Part shown: positions 31,420 through 32,000 of the stretch, piece by piece
Numbering within the stretch: the stretch's first letter is position 1
Layout: each line of letters opens with the position of its first letter
Assembly: GCA_900234795.1 (NCBI GenBank)
Contig: LT962688.1
Span: forward strand, 3,210,001-3,242,000
Source: Methylorubrum extorquens
GTDB taxonomy: Bacteria; Pseudomonadota; Alphaproteobacteria; Rhizobiales; Beijerinckiaceae
Reading direction: 5' to 3'
DNA: 32,000 nt
Notes under the pieces: model-generated
What the model was told of the DNA's origin: nothing
Databases searched by the model: none
What the model saw: only the letters and a program-made list of their open reading frames with translations
Translations under genes and position numbers: made by a program

Positions 31420-32000
31420 ATGTCCCAGTCCCTGTTCAGCCAATCGTGGTACCGCGTCGCGGCCCTGCGCCCGCGCCTGCGCCGCCATGCCGAGATCCAC
31501 CGGCAGAGCTTTCGCGGCGAGGTCTGGTACGTCCTTCAGGATCACCAGACCGGGCGCTTCCACCGCCTCTCGCCCGCCGCCAACCTCATCCTGTGCATGA
31601 TGGACGGGCGCCGCACCCTGCAGGAGGTGTGGGAGGCGGCCGCGCGCCGCAACGAGGATGACCCGCCGACCCAGGACGACACGATCCGTCTGATCTCGCA
31701 GCTCCACGGCTCGGACCTGCTCCAGGGCGACCTGCCGCCCGATCTCGCCGAACTCGCCGAGCGCTCGGAATCGACCGCGCGCCGCACCCTGATCGCCCGG
31801 GTGAAGAACCCGCTGGCCCTGCGCTTCCCGCTGTTCGACCCCGATCCGTTGCTCGACCGGGTCGCGCCGTATTTCCGGCCGCTCTTCTCGGTCTGGGGGC
31901 TCGCGGTCTGGCTCGCGGTGGTGATTGCCGGCCTCGTCGTGGCCGGGTTGCACGCGGGCGAGCTGACCGGCGACGTCGCCGGTCAGATGCTCTCGGCGCA
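31420..32000 (+). CDS. N-terminal part of a 'putative peptide zinc metalloprotease' type protein (PqqD-like N-domain, then membrane region; M50/HlyD-fusion family). Truncated by the window edge.
   Basis: ATG at 31420 follows GAGGGGTTGAGG. MSQSLFSQSWYRVAALRPRLRRHAEIHRQSFRGEVWYVLQDHQTGRFHRLSPAANLILCMMDGRRTLQEVWEAA...DDPPTQDDTIRLISQLHGSDLLQGD... is the conserved N-terminus I remember for this family. A first TM segment (VWGLAVWLAVVIAGLVVAGL) follows. It is absent from the ORF track because there is no stop codon within the window. Confidence 0.8.
   Translation, partial: MSQSLFSQSWYRVAALRPRLRRHAEIHRQSFRGEVWYVLQDHQTGRFHRLSPAANLILCMMDGRRTLQEVWEAAARRNEDDPPTQDDTIRLISQLHGSDLLQGDLPPDLAELAERSESTARRTLIARVKNPLALRFPLFDPDPLLDRVAPYFRPLFSVWGLAVWLAVVIAGLVVAGLHAGELTGDVAGQMLSA

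Noticed and set aside
21561-31953. Long antisense ORFs opposite real genes (21561..22646, 22652..23773, 24049..24717, 25686..27107, 27736..28908, 29504..31396, 31093..31953 and others)
   Set aside because: Each lies opposite a gene with clear family motifs (AraC, radical SAM, flavoprotein, methyltransferase, HlyD, M50-type). Their translations are Arg/Gly/Asp/Pro-biased without motifs.
1-32000. Search for CRISPR arrays, tRNA/rRNA genes, IS elements or transposases, integrases, and known defence-system genes
   Set aside because: I found no direct-repeat/spacer architecture, no cloverleaf-like or rRNA-like segments, no terminal inverted repeats, and no transposase, integrase or nuclease-type protein motifs in any frame I read.

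Overview
High-GC, proteobacterial-type chromosomal window (G+C judged by eye; taxon not determinable) with two very different halves.

(1) Positions 1-19836, minus strand, hold one enormous repetitive extracellular-protein gene.
- It is rich in Ala/Thr/Gly/Ser/Val, and I saw no Cys.
- The complete 4133-aa ORF (7435..19836) has an N-terminal LEPRxLL-type motif, three RTX-like GGxGxD nonapeptides, interspersed ~70-90-aa beta modules and one alpha-helical island.
- Its protein text continues through two frame changes about 60 nt apart, both inside (TC)n tracts (7410-7480).
- The continuation is a second open frame (7502 to beyond position 1, at least 2500 aa) that includes about 7-8 tandem ~0.8-kb coding repeats.
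- A SapC-family gene lies directly upstream on the same strand. An AraC-family regulator is divergent across an unusually long, low-GC intergenic region.

(2) Positions 22.8-32 kb hold a divergently organised accessory locus that I consider the best candidate for an undescribed system.
- The minus-strand operon is tightly coupled: O-methyltransferase, P-loop kinase-like protein, a divergent tryptophan-halogenase-family flavoprotein with a ~280-aa C-terminal extension, a 291-aa unknown that appears related to that extension, and a small radical SAM enzyme.
- The plus-strand operon encodes a DUF3467-like small protein, a GAF-HlyD membrane-fusion protein, and a PqqD-like/M50-type peptide-processing/export protein that is cut by the window edge.
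- The shared low-GC intergenic region carries a strongly SD-led 20-codon hydrophobic ORF followed by an intrinsic terminator. No recognisable precursor peptide is present.

I found no rRNA, tRNA, CRISPR array or transposase. Most long ORFs in the supplied track are antisense or out-of-frame shadows typical of high-GC DNA.
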